From Eubacteriales bacterium (GTDB lineage Bacteria > Bacillota > Clostridia > Oscillospirales > QAMX01), in NCBI GenBank assembly GCA_045639125.1, contig JAZUCL010000010.1, positions 36,213 through 100,212 on the forward strand: a stretch of 64,000 nt of DNA. Direction: 5' to 3'. Position 1 is the first letter of the stretch; each line of letters starts with the position of its first letter. Shown here in pieces: positions 45,515 to 55,208 of the stretch. The position numbers and the translations under genes are program-made. The notes below the pieces were generated by a model, which did not search any database, was not told where the DNA came from, and saw only the letters and a list, made by a program, of their open reading frames with translations.

Positions 45515-46342
45515 ATGGTATTGTTTTTCTCGGATCTTCACACTCATACGCAGTTTTCTTTTGACAGCAAAGCCGATATCGACCAGATGTGTGAAAAAGC
45601 CATTAAAATGGGACTTCATTCCATAGCCTTTACAGAACATTGGGATTGTCTGCCTGAAAACTTTTCGCTTCCCTATGAGGACAGCAAAAAGTATTATAAT
45701 AACTGTCATGCTATAGCACGACAAAGCGTTATAGATGCTAAAGAGCGTTATAAAGGCCGCTTAAACATACTTTATGCAATTGAACTCGGTCAACCAAACG
45801 TTACTGCCGAAGAATCCCGAAATTTTCTTGCTACCCATGATTTTGACTTCGTGTTAGGCTCTATACATAACAGTTCACACGGTTTTGACTACTATGAACT
45901 TGACTATAAAAACGAGGATACAGAAAAGTTGCTTGAGGACTATTATCATTCCCATTTTGATATGCTCAAATTTGGAGATTTTGATTCCCTTGGGCACTTG
46001 GACTATCCAATAAGAGTTATGAAGGACTATATTGCCACATCGAACATGATACGTTTCCGTGACACAGTCGCTGAAATTGTGCGTATCATGGCAAATCAGG
46101 GAATTGCACTTGAAATAAATACCAACGGCTTACGTAACTGGTTTTCTCGTCTGTCACCTGAGCCGTGGGTACTTGAATTATACCGTTCTTTCGGTGGTGA
46201 GTTTGTCACTGTCGGAAGTGATGCTCATACACCTGATTATGTCGGTTTTGGCATAAAAGAGGCTTGTGACCTTGCAGCACAATATGACCTTGGAGTAGCG
46301 GTATCTTACGATAAACGCCAACCTTTTGTTGTGCGTCCATAA
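45515..46342 (+). CDS. hisJ: Histidinol-phosphatase, PHP family
   Basis: 275 aa; DLHTHTQFSFDS, FTEHWD, GSIHN, HLDY and GSDAH metal-ligand pattern of the PHP HisJ/HisK family. AAAGGAGG RBS. Confidence 0.75.
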   Translation: MVLFFSDLHTHTQFSFDSKADIDQMCEKAIKMGLHSIAFTEHWDCLPENFSLPYEDSKKYYNNCHAIARQSVIDAKERYKGRLNILYAIELGQPNVTAEESRNFLATHDFDFVLGSIHNSSHGFDYYELDYKNEDTEKLLEDYYHSHFDMLKFGDFDSLGHLDYPIRVMKDYIATSNMIRFRDTVAEIVRIMANQGIALEINTNGLRNWFSRLSPEPWVLELYRSFGGEFVTVGSDAHTPDYVGFGIKEACDLAAQYDLGVAVSYDKRQPFVVRP

Positions 46343-46416
46343 AGTAAACGGCGTCCTTACGTTTATCCATTCGATGCCTTGGCAGACAGCGGATATAATT
46401 GAAAGGACGTTTTTAT

Positions 46417-47586
46417 ATGATGAACTATTCTTCACTTTTTAATAACGGAATCCATGATATAAAACCATCAGGCATAAGAAAATTATTTGACCTTCTCGAC
46501 CACATGGACGATATAATTACTCTCGGTGTTGGACAGCCTGACTTCCCAACACCACGTCATATTATGGACGCCGGTATTGACTCTCTAAATCGTGGTATTA
46601 CAAGTTACACTTCAAATGCAGGTATAATTGATCTTCGTATTGAGATTTCAAAGTATCTTGAACGCAGATTTGATTTAAGTTACGATCCGGTATCTGAAAT
46701 TCTCGTTACTGTCGGTGGTAGTGAAGCAATCGACCTTATGCTTCGCACATTGTTAAACCCGGGTGACGAGGTTATTATCCCTGAACCCACTTTTGTATGC
46801 TACGGACCATTGACACAACTTATGGGTGGCGTACCTGTACCACTCGTCACAACGGCCGAGGAGCATTTCAAACTAACTGCTGAGGCACTTCGTGCAAAGA
46901 TTACACCTAAGACAAAAATACTCGTTCTCCCCTATCCTACTAACCCCACAGGCGGTATTATGACTCGTGAGGATTTAGAGGAAATTGCAAAGGTACTTCG
47001 TGAACGTGACGATATTATTGTCCTGTCTGATGAGGTATACGCAGAACTGACTTTTGGACGTAAGCACGTTTCTATTGCATCTTTGCCTGGCATGTGGGAA
47101 CGCACTGTTGTAATAAGCAGTATGAGTAAGGCACACGCTATGACCGGTTGGCGACTTGGTTATGCTTGCGGACCTAAAGAAATCATTTCCGTTATGACAA
47201 AAGTTCACCAGTTTGGTATTATGAGTGCACCAACTGCCGCACAGTATGCATCTATTACGGCATTTGCAAATGGTGATTCTCATATTGAGTATATGCGTGA
47301 CGACTACGATCGACGTCGTAGGCTCATGGTAGACGGGCTTCGCCGTATTGGTCTTGATTGCTATGAACCGGAGGGTGCTTTCTATCTGTTCCCATCTATT
47401 CGTTCAACAGGCATGACAAGTGAAGAATTCTGCGAACGACTTTTACTTGAAAGTAAAGTTGCGGTCGTTGCAGGTAACTCATTTGGTGACTGTGGAGAAG
47501 GATACATTCGTATTTGCTACGCATACAGCGAGGCAAACTTGAAAGAAGCCCTTGTTCGTATGGAGAAATTTTTGAATACGCTTTAA
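46417..47586 (+). CDS. Class I/II PLP-dependent aminotransferase (aspartate/aromatic type)
   Basis: Start at ATG 46417 after GAAAGGA. SGIRKLFD, LGVGQPDFPTP, YPTNPTG, SSMSKAHAMTGWRLGY (PLP Lys). Confidence 0.8.
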   Translation: MMNYSSLFNNGIHDIKPSGIRKLFDLLDHMDDIITLGVGQPDFPTPRHIMDAGIDSLNRGITSYTSNAGIIDLRIEISKYLERRFDLSYDPVSEILVTVGGSEAIDLMLRTLLNPGDEVIIPEPTFVCYGPLTQLMGGVPVPLVTTAEEHFKLTAEALRAKITPKTKILVLPYPTNPTGGIMTREDLEEIAKVLRERDDIIVLSDEVYAELTFGRKHVSIASLPGMWERTVVISSMSKAHAMTGWRLGYACGPKEIISVMTKVHQFGIMSAPTAAQYASITAFANGDSHIEYMRDDYDRRRRLMVDGLRRIGLDCYEPEGAFYLFPSIRSTGMTSEEFCERLLLESKVAVVAGNSFGDCGEGYIRICYAYSEANLKEALVRMEKFLNTL

Positions 47587-47597
47587 GGAGTATTGTC

Positions 47598-48719
47598 ATG
47601 ATTTACACTGCACGTTGCCAAACTTATAACCAAGATGTTATAGATACCGAGATACACGATTGTCTAAAAGCCTTTGGCGGTGCAAATACAATTCTTGAAA
47701 AAGGTAAACGAGGCAAAGACTCCAAAACTGTTCTTATAAAAGCAAATCTTGTCAAGTCAGCACGAATTGACGAGGCGGCAACCACTCACCCTGCCGTCAT
47801 TGAGGCAGTTGCACGAGAGTTTAGTAAATTAGGTGCAACCGTACTTATTGGTGACTGTCCTGCTATAAATCAAACTACGTCTTCTATGCACGGACTATAT
47901 CGTGTTACAGGCATGGCACAAGCAGCAGAAAGAACTAATTCCACACTTATTTATGACTTTAACTCTCAACAAACAATTTGTCAATACACTAAGAATAAAC
48001 GCACATTTCCTATATGGACACCTGTTTTCGATGCAGATATTATAATAAACTGTGCAAAACTAAAAACTCACTCTTTTGCGGTTATGACAGGTGCTGTAAA
48101 AAATCTGTTTGGTGTAATACCCGGACTTATGAAATCGGCAAAACACGCAGAGAATATGAGTATCACCGATTTTTCACAAATGATAGTTGACTTGTGTGAG
48201 TGTGTACAGAGTATAACTCCTGTTTTTTCAATTATAGATGGCATCGTTGGAATGGAGGGGAAAGGACCCACAGGAGGTACTCCAAAAGTTGCAAATGCAC
48301 TTATTGCCTCTGACTCACCATATACTGCCGACCTTGCAGGCATTGAAATAATGGGACTTAAACCTGACCTCGTTCCGATTATACATTGTGCCATCAAAAG
48401 AGGGCTTATGCCGTCATCTCTTAATGAGTGTGAATGTAACGGCACTTTAGTTAAAGATTTAGTGACACCTTTCAAGACACCACGAAAAACAAATCTTCTT
48501 TCGATGGCTCTATCAGCATTGTCTTTATCCAATCTGTTTGGCGGAGGCGGGGCATATCCTCACATTGACAAAAAGCGTTGTATCGCTTGCGGAAAGTGTG
48601 TAGAGATTTGTCCGGTTCATGCCGCTACTAATACCGATGGGATTTTAATTGACCGTAAAAAGTGTATACGTTGTTACTGTTGTCACGAAGTTTGTCCTGC
48701 ACGTGCTATTGATATATAA
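47598..48719 (+). CDS. DUF362-domain protein with a C-terminal 2x[4Fe-4S] ferredoxin domain
   Basis: Start at ATG 47598 after AAGGAG. The C-terminus CIACGKCVEICP...CIRCYCCHEVCP carries two CxxCxxCxxxCP motifs. Confidence 0.65.
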   Translation: MIYTARCQTYNQDVIDTEIHDCLKAFGGANTILEKGKRGKDSKTVLIKANLVKSARIDEAATTHPAVIEAVAREFSKLGATVLIGDCPAINQTTSSMHGLYRVTGMAQAAERTNSTLIYDFNSQQTICQYTKNKRTFPIWTPVFDADIIINCAKLKTHSFAVMTGAVKNLFGVIPGLMKSAKHAENMSITDFSQMIVDLCECVQSITPVFSIIDGIVGMEGKGPTGGTPKVANALIASDSPYTADLAGIEIMGLKPDLVPIIHCAIKRGLMPSSLNECECNGTLVKDLVTPFKTPRKTNLLSMALSALSLSNLFGGGGAYPHIDKKRCIACGKCVEICPVHAATNTDGILIDRKKCIRCYCCHEVCPARAIDI

Positions 48720-48730
48720 GGAGTGAAACT

Positions 48731-49615
48731 ATGCAAAAGGTATCATTACCCGCATACGCAAAAATAAATCTAACTTTGGATATACTTGGAAAGCGTCCTG
48801 ACGGCTATCATGATATGCGTATGATAATGCAGTCTGTCGCACTCTATGATAAACTGACTGTAGAAAAGACAGAAAGTGGAATACATCTTGACAGTGACTT
48901 GCGTTTTCTTCCTAAAAACGGAAAAAATCTCGCACAACGTGCAGCAGAACTGTTTTTTAGTGAATTAAAAATTTCTGCAGGTGCGTCAATTTGTCTACGC
49001 AAAAGTATTCCTGTTTCTGCAGGGCTTGCAGGTGGAAGTACAGATGCAGCCGCAGTATTCAAAGCACTTGATATGCTATATGAAACACATCTTACCCAAA
49101 ATGAGTTGTGTACTTTAGGTAAGAAACTTGGTGCAGACATTCCTTTTTGTCTCACAGGCGGCACAGCACTTGTTGAGGGTATCGGTGAAAAAATCACTCC
49201 GCTGTCCCCTATACCACATTGTCATATTGTGCTGTGTAAGCCACACTTTGGCGTATCAACAGCATACGTTTTCTCGAAAATCAACTGCTCAAAATTGAAA
49301 GAACACCCTGATACAAAGGGTATAATAAATGCAATAGATACAGGTGACTTGTCTGCCCTTGCTCACAGACTCTATAACGTAATGGAAACAGTTACGGCAG
49401 AAGAACACTGTGAAATTGCAGAGATAAAAACCATGTTACTTGACAACGGAGCAATCGGTTGTGCAATGAGTGGAAGCGGTCCTACCGTTTTTGGTATATT
49501 TGATAACTTGGATAACGCTCGTAAGGCAAAAGAGAGTCTAAATAAGAGTTATTCAGAAGTGTATATCACCGAGCCATGTGTCGGTTGGCAGGAAAAAGAT
49601 TTTATAATTTCATAA
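48731..49615 (+). CDS. ispE: 4-diphosphocytidyl-2-C-methyl-D-erythritol kinase
   Basis: PAYAKINLTLDILGKRPDGYH, PVSAGLAGGSTDAAA (GHMP kinase motif). Confidence 0.9.
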   Translation: MQKVSLPAYAKINLTLDILGKRPDGYHDMRMIMQSVALYDKLTVEKTESGIHLDSDLRFLPKNGKNLAQRAAELFFSELKISAGASICLRKSIPVSAGLAGGSTDAAAVFKALDMLYETHLTQNELCTLGKKLGADIPFCLTGGTALVEGIGEKITPLSPIPHCHIVLCKPHFGVSTAYVFSKINCSKLKEHPDTKGIINAIDTGDLSALAHRLYNVMETVTAEEHCEIAEIKTMLLDNGAIGCAMSGSGPTVFGIFDNLDNARKAKESLNKSYSEVYITEPCVGWQEKDFIIS

Positions 49616-49620
49616 AAACT

Positions 49621-49655
49621 AAGCCTCATAGACACTAAAGGTATCTATGAGGCTT
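49621..49655. terminator. Bidirectional terminator
   Basis: AAGCCTCATAGA / TCTATGAGGCTT, a 12-bp perfect inverted repeat between convergent genes. Confidence 0.65.
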
Positions 49656-49662
49656 TCTAAAT

Positions 49663-49959
49663 CTATACATCACACGACTGTGATGTTTTACTTCCCTTTT
49701 TCGACATATATAATCGGCACAGTCTGTACACGGCAAGCATAACACCACAGGGAATAAATCCAACTGTAAATGCAAGAAGTGCCGACCATATATTTGCAGC
49801 AAAAGATGCGAAGGCAATATCACCGATAAAATAACATGCCGGAAGTATAAGTCCCACATATTTATTCTTTCTTAAAGACAGTGTAATTTGCACCCACAGC
49901 CACAATGCTATGAATAAAACTATAGTCAAAACTGTCCATACCGACGGCACACAAAACAC
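49663..49959 (-). CDS. Small membrane protein, unknown function
   Basis: 98 aa with three hydrophobic helices. Confidence 0.45.
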   Translation of the reverse strand: MFCVPSVWTVLTIVLFIALWLWVQITLSLRKNKYVGLILPACYFIGDIAFASFAANIWSALLAFTVGFIPCGVMLAVYRLCRLYMSKKGSKTSQSCDV

Positions 49960-49989
49960 TTCCTCTCATTTCAAATTGCTATGCTACTA

Positions 49990-51657
49990 TTATTTGCCTT
50001 TTGCGTAACTATCCTTCAAAGATACGCTTCTGTTAAATGTATTTTCATTCTTCGTATCCTTACAGAAGTATCCAAGTCGTACAAACTGGAATCTGTCTCC
50101 TGCATTTGCCTGTGCAAGTGCCGGCTCTGCTTTACAGTTTGTCAGATGAATAACAGAGTCAGGGTTAAGGAAATCGTCATACGTCTTATCCTCAGGAATA
50201 TCATTGACATTTTCAAGAGTAAAGAGTTTGTCGTACAAATCCACGTTAATATCAATAGCATGGGAAGCACTAACCCAATGAATTGTGCCCTTTACTTTTC
50301 TGCCGTCAGATGGCATACCACAACCTGATACAAGGTCAGCAGTACATATAATCTGTGCAATAGATCCGTCGGCGTTTTTCTCAACTCGCTGGCAATTAAC
50401 AATATACGAACCCATAAGACGTACTTCCTTACCGGGAGTCATTCGTTGGAATTTAGGTGGCGGTACTTCGGCAAAGTCGTCCTCCTCAATCCAAAGTTCT
50501 CTTGTAAATGGAAGTTCACGCACACCTGCATCAGGGTTTTCAGGATTGTTCGTTACGGAGAAATATTCTGTTTTATCCTCCGGGAAGTTTTCAATAACAA
50601 CCTTTATGGGTTTTGTAACTGCAATACGACGTAAAGCCGTTTTATTAAGTTCCTCACGGAGACAATGCTCAAGCAAACGAATATCAACGAGATTTTCACT
50701 TTTCGCAACGCCAACACGTCCCATAAAGTCGATAATAGACTCGGCAGTATAACCACGGCGGCGTAACGCACATAAGGTAGGCATACGAGGATCGTCCCAA
50801 CCGCTTACAAGTCCTGTTTCAACGAGTTTACGCAAGAAACGCTTTGACATTACAGTATGCGTCAAGTTAAGTCTTGCAAACTCAATCTGACGTGGGTGTG
50901 CATCTATACCACAGTAGGAACTGACTTTCTCAACAACCCAGTTATAAAGAGGTCTGTGATTTTCATATTCCAAAGAACACATCGAATGGGAGATGCCTTC
51001 AAGCATATCCTGTACAGGGTGTGCGTAGTCGTACATTGGGAAAATGCACCACTTCGTTCCCTGACGATGATGTTCAATATATCTGATACGATAAAATACC
51101 GGGTCACGCATATTGAAGTTGCCTGACGCAAGGTCAATTTTTGCACGGAGAGTATACTTACCCTCCGGAAACTCTCCCGCACGCATACGGCGGAATAAGT
51201 CAAGGGATTCTTCAATAGGACGGTCACGATAGGGAGAAATTGCAGGGTGAGTCAAGTCGCCACGATATTCACGAAACTGCTCAGGTGCAAGTTCACATAC
51301 ATACGCATCACCGTGGAGAATAAGTTGTTCTGCAAACTTGTAAGTTTCCTCAAAATAGTCAGAACCATAGAAAAATCTGTCGTCCCAGTCAAAGCCAAGC
51401 CAATGGATATCCTCTTTAATTGCATCTACAAACTCTGTGTCCTCTTTTGCAGGGTTTGTATCGTCCATACGCAAATTACATACACCACCGTACTTCTTGG
51501 CGGTCAAAAAGTCGATGAGCAATGCCTTGCAATGTCCGATATGGAGGTAGCCGTTAGGCTCAGGCGGAAAACGGGTGTGTATCTTCTTTACTCTACCCTC
51601 AGCAATATCCTCATCTATTAACTCATATATAAAATTAGAATTCATTTCTTCAGACAT
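49990..51657 (-). CDS. glnS: Glutaminyl-tRNA synthetase
   Basis: Start at ATG 51657 after AAAGGA. TRFPPEPNGYLHIGH (HIGH) and VMSKR (KMSKS-type). The overall GlnRS pattern includes a C-terminal beta-barrel anticodon domain. Confidence 0.85.
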   Translation of the reverse strand: MSEEMNSNFIYELIDEDIAEGRVKKIHTRFPPEPNGYLHIGHCKALLIDFLTAKKYGGVCNLRMDDTNPAKEDTEFVDAIKEDIHWLGFDWDDRFFYGSDYFEETYKFAEQLILHGDAYVCELAPEQFREYRGDLTHPAISPYRDRPIEESLDLFRRMRAGEFPEGKYTLRAKIDLASGNFNMRDPVFYRIRYIEHHRQGTKWCIFPMYDYAHPVQDMLEGISHSMCSLEYENHRPLYNWVVEKVSSYCGIDAHPRQIEFARLNLTHTVMSKRFLRKLVETGLVSGWDDPRMPTLCALRRRGYTAESIIDFMGRVGVAKSENLVDIRLLEHCLREELNKTALRRIAVTKPIKVVIENFPEDKTEYFSVTNNPENPDAGVRELPFTRELWIEEDDFAEVPPPKFQRMTPGKEVRLMGSYIVNCQRVEKNADGSIAQIICTADLVSGCGMPSDGRKVKGTIHWVSASHAIDINVDLYDKLFTLENVNDIPEDKTYDDFLNPDSVIHLTNCKAEPALAQANAGDRFQFVRLGYFCKDTKNENTFNRSVSLKDSYAKGK

Positions 51658-51690
51658 AATAATACATCCTTTCACCAATTAAACTGGCAC

Positions 51691-53328
51691 TTATATTGCA
51701 TCTTTCAAGCGAGCAAGTACCCGCTCTCTTCCTAAAATACGCATAACATCATACATATCGGGAGAGTTAAGTTTACCTGTAATTGCCACACGCAAGAACA
51801 TACTAATATCGGCTACACTGCCCTTAAATTTTTCCGGTTCAGCACGATACGCCTTCATATCTGCCGTATAGCCCATGCTCTCACCAATAGCCTTAATTTT
51901 ATCAAACCACACGTTTTGCTCATCGTCAGGATTGTAAGTTTCCATAAATGCAGTAATCGCTTTTGAAACGTCAGCAGTATCAAACTTTGAGTCAATAGAG
52001 TCCTCTCTTGTAAAAAACTCATCAAAGAAAAAGCCCATATAGTTCTTTGCCTCTGACCATACTGCCAAATCCTTACGAGGTTTCTTGCCGCCACGACCAA
52101 TGGCAAATGCCGCCTTTGCAAGTTTAGGATTGTTTTCAAGTGCTATGGAAAAATCTGTGTCAAACTCTTTTGACCAGTCAAGTACCTCGTCATAAACTTC
52201 CTCGGCTGTCATTCGAGAAATGACGTTTTTAGATACATCACGAAGTTTGTCCACGTCAAACAAAGAACCTGCAGGATTCATCTTCTTGTAGGAGAACTTA
52301 AACTCTGTCATTGGTGCGTCGGGATTTGCACGACGCCAATCTTCAAAGTTTGAGTTTAGTATAGTCATAACGTATTCACTGACCGCCTTTACAGGATAGC
52401 CCTGTGAACGATAATATGTCAATGCAAGTTCAGGGTCCTTACGCTTTGACAGTTTACGCTTGGAGTTTCCGTCCATCTTCATAAGAGGCCCGATATGTGC
52501 GTACTTAGGTTGCTTAAATCCAAGTGCTCTAAACAGTTGGACATGAAATGGCAATGTAGGAAGCCATTCATCACCACGCACAACATGGGTTGTACGCATT
52601 AAGTGGTCATCAACTGCATGAGCAAAATGATATGTTGGTATGCCATCTGACTTGAGAAGTACATGGTCAATGTCGTTTTCCGTCAGTTCGAGGTTACCCT
52701 TAATAAGATCTGTAAACTTAATTTTATTCTCAATAGAACCGGTTGAACGGAAACGAAGTACCCACGGCTTTCCTTCTGAAATGGCAGTTTCAATATCCTC
52801 AATGGATCGGTCACGCCATACCGCATAATCGCCGTAGTAACCAAAATTGTGCTTTCTCTCTTCCTGTCGAGCACGCATCTCGGAAAGTTCCTCTTCAGTA
52901 CAAAAACATGGGTACGCATAGCCTTGCTCTACAAGAACTTTTGCAAAGACATGATATATACTTGCTCGTTGCTGTTGGCGGTACGGTCCGTAAATACCAT
53001 TGTCACCGTCAACTGTAGCACCCTCATCAAAGAAAATGCCGTAGTGTTTAAGAGACTCTATAAGGATTTCAACTGCACCCTCAACCTCACGCTTTGCATC
53101 GGTATCTTCAACACGAAGATACAAAACACCGTCTGACTGGTGGCAAAGTCGTTCTGACGTAAAGCCCTGTACAAGATTTCCTAAATGGATAAAACCCGTA
53201 GGTGATGGTGCCATACGTGACACAACTGCACCCTCAGGAAGTGTACGAGCAGGGAAACGCTTTTCTAAATCTTCCGGCGTTTCGGTAACGTCAGGAAACA
53301 ATAGCGTTGCAAGTTTCATATAATCCAT
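51691..53328 (-). CDS. gltX: Glutamyl-tRNA synthetase
   Basis: Start at ATG 53328 after GGAGGG. SRMAPSPTGFIHLGN (HIGH-type), KLSKRK (KMSKS). Confidence 0.85.
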   Translation of the reverse strand: MDYMKLATLLFPDVTETPEDLEKRFPARTLPEGAVVSRMAPSPTGFIHLGNLVQGFTSERLCHQSDGVLYLRVEDTDAKREVEGAVEILIESLKHYGIFFDEGATVDGDNGIYGPYRQQQRASIYHVFAKVLVEQGYAYPCFCTEEELSEMRARQEERKHNFGYYGDYAVWRDRSIEDIETAISEGKPWVLRFRSTGSIENKIKFTDLIKGNLELTENDIDHVLLKSDGIPTYHFAHAVDDHLMRTTHVVRGDEWLPTLPFHVQLFRALGFKQPKYAHIGPLMKMDGNSKRKLSKRKDPELALTYYRSQGYPVKAVSEYVMTILNSNFEDWRRANPDAPMTEFKFSYKKMNPAGSLFDVDKLRDVSKNVISRMTAEEVYDEVLDWSKEFDTDFSIALENNPKLAKAAFAIGRGGKKPRKDLAVWSEAKNYMGFFFDEFFTREDSIDSKFDTADVSKAITAFMETYNPDDEQNVWFDKIKAIGESMGYTADMKAYRAEPEKFKGSVADISMFLRVAITGKLNSPDMYDVMRILGRERVLARLKDAI

Positions 53329-53368
53329 AAAATACCCTCCGAGCAAATATTCTTATATCTGAATTTTT

Positions 53369-53397
53369 ATTTTATCATACTCTACCTAAAATTTCAA
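53369..53397 (-). promoter_or_regulatory. Promoter for gltX-glnS
   Basis: Minus strand: TTGAAA (53397-53392), 17-nt spacer, TGA-TAAAAT (53374-53369). The leader is short, so there is no T-box. Confidence 0.5.
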
Positions 53398-53421
53398 GAT
53401 TTATATAATTATTTTGGTTTG

Positions 53422-53450
53422 TTGACGCATCTCTGCCTTTGGGGTATAAT
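53422..53450 (+). promoter_or_regulatory. Promoter for the TraX-family gene
   Basis: TTGACG (53422-53427), 17-nt spacer, TATAAT (53445-53450). Confidence 0.55.
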
Positions 53451-53488
53451 TACAAATACTGATAAAGATTTTTGAAAGGGAAAATATT

Positions 53489-54394
53489 ATGACAGCCTTT
53501 ACATTAAAACTAATTGCCCTTATTACAATGGCTATAGATCATATTGGATATGTTTTTGGTAGGGGTGCGTGGAAAATTATCCCTTTTAACTCTGCGTATC
53601 TTCGTTATATTGGCAGAATATCGTTTCCTCTTTTTGCCTTTTCCATTGTCAATGGTTGGAAATACACTAAAAATCGCAGTAAGTATTTTACAAATCTCTG
53701 CCTATTTGCAATTATATCCCAAATTCCTTTTACTCTTGCATTTTTCTCCACAAATAAATCTGTAATACTTCCCGACAGTATTCCATTTGAATTTCACTTT
53801 AGTGTAAAATTCTTTCTTGTAGCGGCAGTATGCACACTTACATATTGGTACTTTGGCTGTCAAAAGAAAATTAACAAATCTCTCCTTGTGGTTTTTGTTG
53901 CAACAGTCTTGCCGACTATCAGTTTGAAAATCGGTCATGTGTGGATAATTGCAGGATCTCTCAATGTACTTTATACCTTTGCCACCACACTTACTTTACT
54001 TTTCGCTTATGAGAAGATTATGGAAAAAAAGTATCGTCTGTGGGAGTTAGCATGGATTTTAGGCGGTATTTGTATTGTGTTAATTACTTATGGCAGAATG
54101 GCAGACTACGGCAAGTATTTTGGTGGTATTATATTGATATTCGTCCTCTACGCTTTACGTAACAACAAGTTATGGCAAGGTGTAGCGGTATTTTGTTGGT
54201 GTATGGCTCGATATGGCTTTCTCGATGGCAACTGGTATACTGCGTCAGCCGCTGCCCTTTCAACATTGTTCGTTCTTGCATATAACAACAAAAAAGGGGT
54301 CGATAACAAATGGGCTAAATGGCTGTTTTACATATTCTACCCACTCCACCTTTTTATCTTGGGAATTGTCAATGTATGTTTCAAATTTATATAA
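53489..54394 (+). CDS. TraX-family polytopic membrane protein
   Basis: 301 aa. N-terminal LKLIALITMAIDHIGYVF is typical of the TraX family. Multiple TM helices. Confidence 0.6.
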   Translation: MTAFTLKLIALITMAIDHIGYVFGRGAWKIIPFNSAYLRYIGRISFPLFAFSIVNGWKYTKNRSKYFTNLCLFAIISQIPFTLAFFSTNKSVILPDSIPFEFHFSVKFFLVAAVCTLTYWYFGCQKKINKSLLVVFVATVLPTISLKIGHVWIIAGSLNVLYTFATTLTLLFAYEKIMEKKYRLWELAWILGGICIVLITYGRMADYGKYFGGIILIFVLYALRNNKLWQGVAVFCWCMARYGFLDGNWYTASAAALSTLFVLAYNNKKGVDNKWAKWLFYIFYPLHLFILGIVNVCFKFI

Positions 54395-54534
54395 CTAAAA
54401 CTCCATCAAAACACTTTTAGTTGCAACATACTAAAAAAAATAGTATAATAAATTATCAACCGTATTTAAGTTGATAATATTTTGGCTTAACAGCCTACTA
54501 TAACTGTGTCGGTATTTTGCAAGGAGGATTACAC

Positions 54535-55089
54535 ATGACAGTACAAGAGGCAATATTTGCTCGCCGCACAATACGTAAGTTTAGGCAAACTCCAATTCCA
54601 ATGGATATACTTGTAAAATTATGTGAGGCAGGTCGTGTGGCACCAAGCGGTGCAAATCTTCAGCCTGTAAAGTTCAAAATAATTGTAGGCGATGACTGCG
54701 AAAAGGTGTTTCCACACACTCGTTGGGCAGGTTATCTTTCCGATGGTGCACCAAAAGACGGTGAGAAACCTACTGCGTACATACTTTTACTCGCCGATAC
54801 AGAAATTCGTAACAATGGTTGGGAATACGACATCGGTGCGGCGGCACAGAATATTCAACTTGCCGCATGGGCAGAAGGTATTGGTGCTTGTTGGATGGGT
54901 TCTATTGACAGAGAAAAGATACTTGAGATTGGAAAAATAGACCCGGACCGCTATGTGCTGTCTACTCTTCTTGCTCTTGGTTATCGTGGTGAGGAGTCTG
55001 TCAGTGAAGACTATATTGATTCCGTTAAATACTATTATGATGAAAATTCCACTCTCCACGTACCAAAACGTACAGATATAATTTTATAG
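54535..55089 (+). CDS. Nitroreductase-family flavoprotein
   Basis: Start at ATG 54535 after AAGGAGG. RRTIRKF and PSGANLQP motifs. Confidence 0.75.
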   Translation: MTVQEAIFARRTIRKFRQTPIPMDILVKLCEAGRVAPSGANLQPVKFKIIVGDDCEKVFPHTRWAGYLSDGAPKDGEKPTAYILLLADTEIRNNGWEYDIGAAAQNIQLAAWAEGIGACWMGSIDREKILEIGKIDPDRYVLSTLLALGYRGEESVSEDYIDSVKYYYDENSTLHVPKRTDIIL

Positions 55090-55093
55090 AAGT

Positions 55094-55127
55094 AAAAATC
55101 TCCGTTTATATAAACGGAGATTTTTGT
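55094..55127. terminator. Intrinsic terminator after the nitroreductase gene
   Basis: Palindrome AAAAATCTCCGTTTATA / TAAACGGAGATTTTT followed by a T-run. Confidence 0.7.
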
Positions 55128-55146
55128 TTTGGCACTGATATTTTAG

Positions 55147-55184
55147 TTTAGGCACAGTATAGTTTACACCATACTGTGCCTAAA
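55147..55184 (-). terminator. Terminator hairpin downstream of nfnB
   Basis: 14-bp perfect inverted repeat TTTAGGCACAGTAT / ATACTGTGCCTAAA. Confidence 0.55.
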
Positions 55185-55208
55185 TTAGTCCATTTTTATT
55201 TCGATGTG

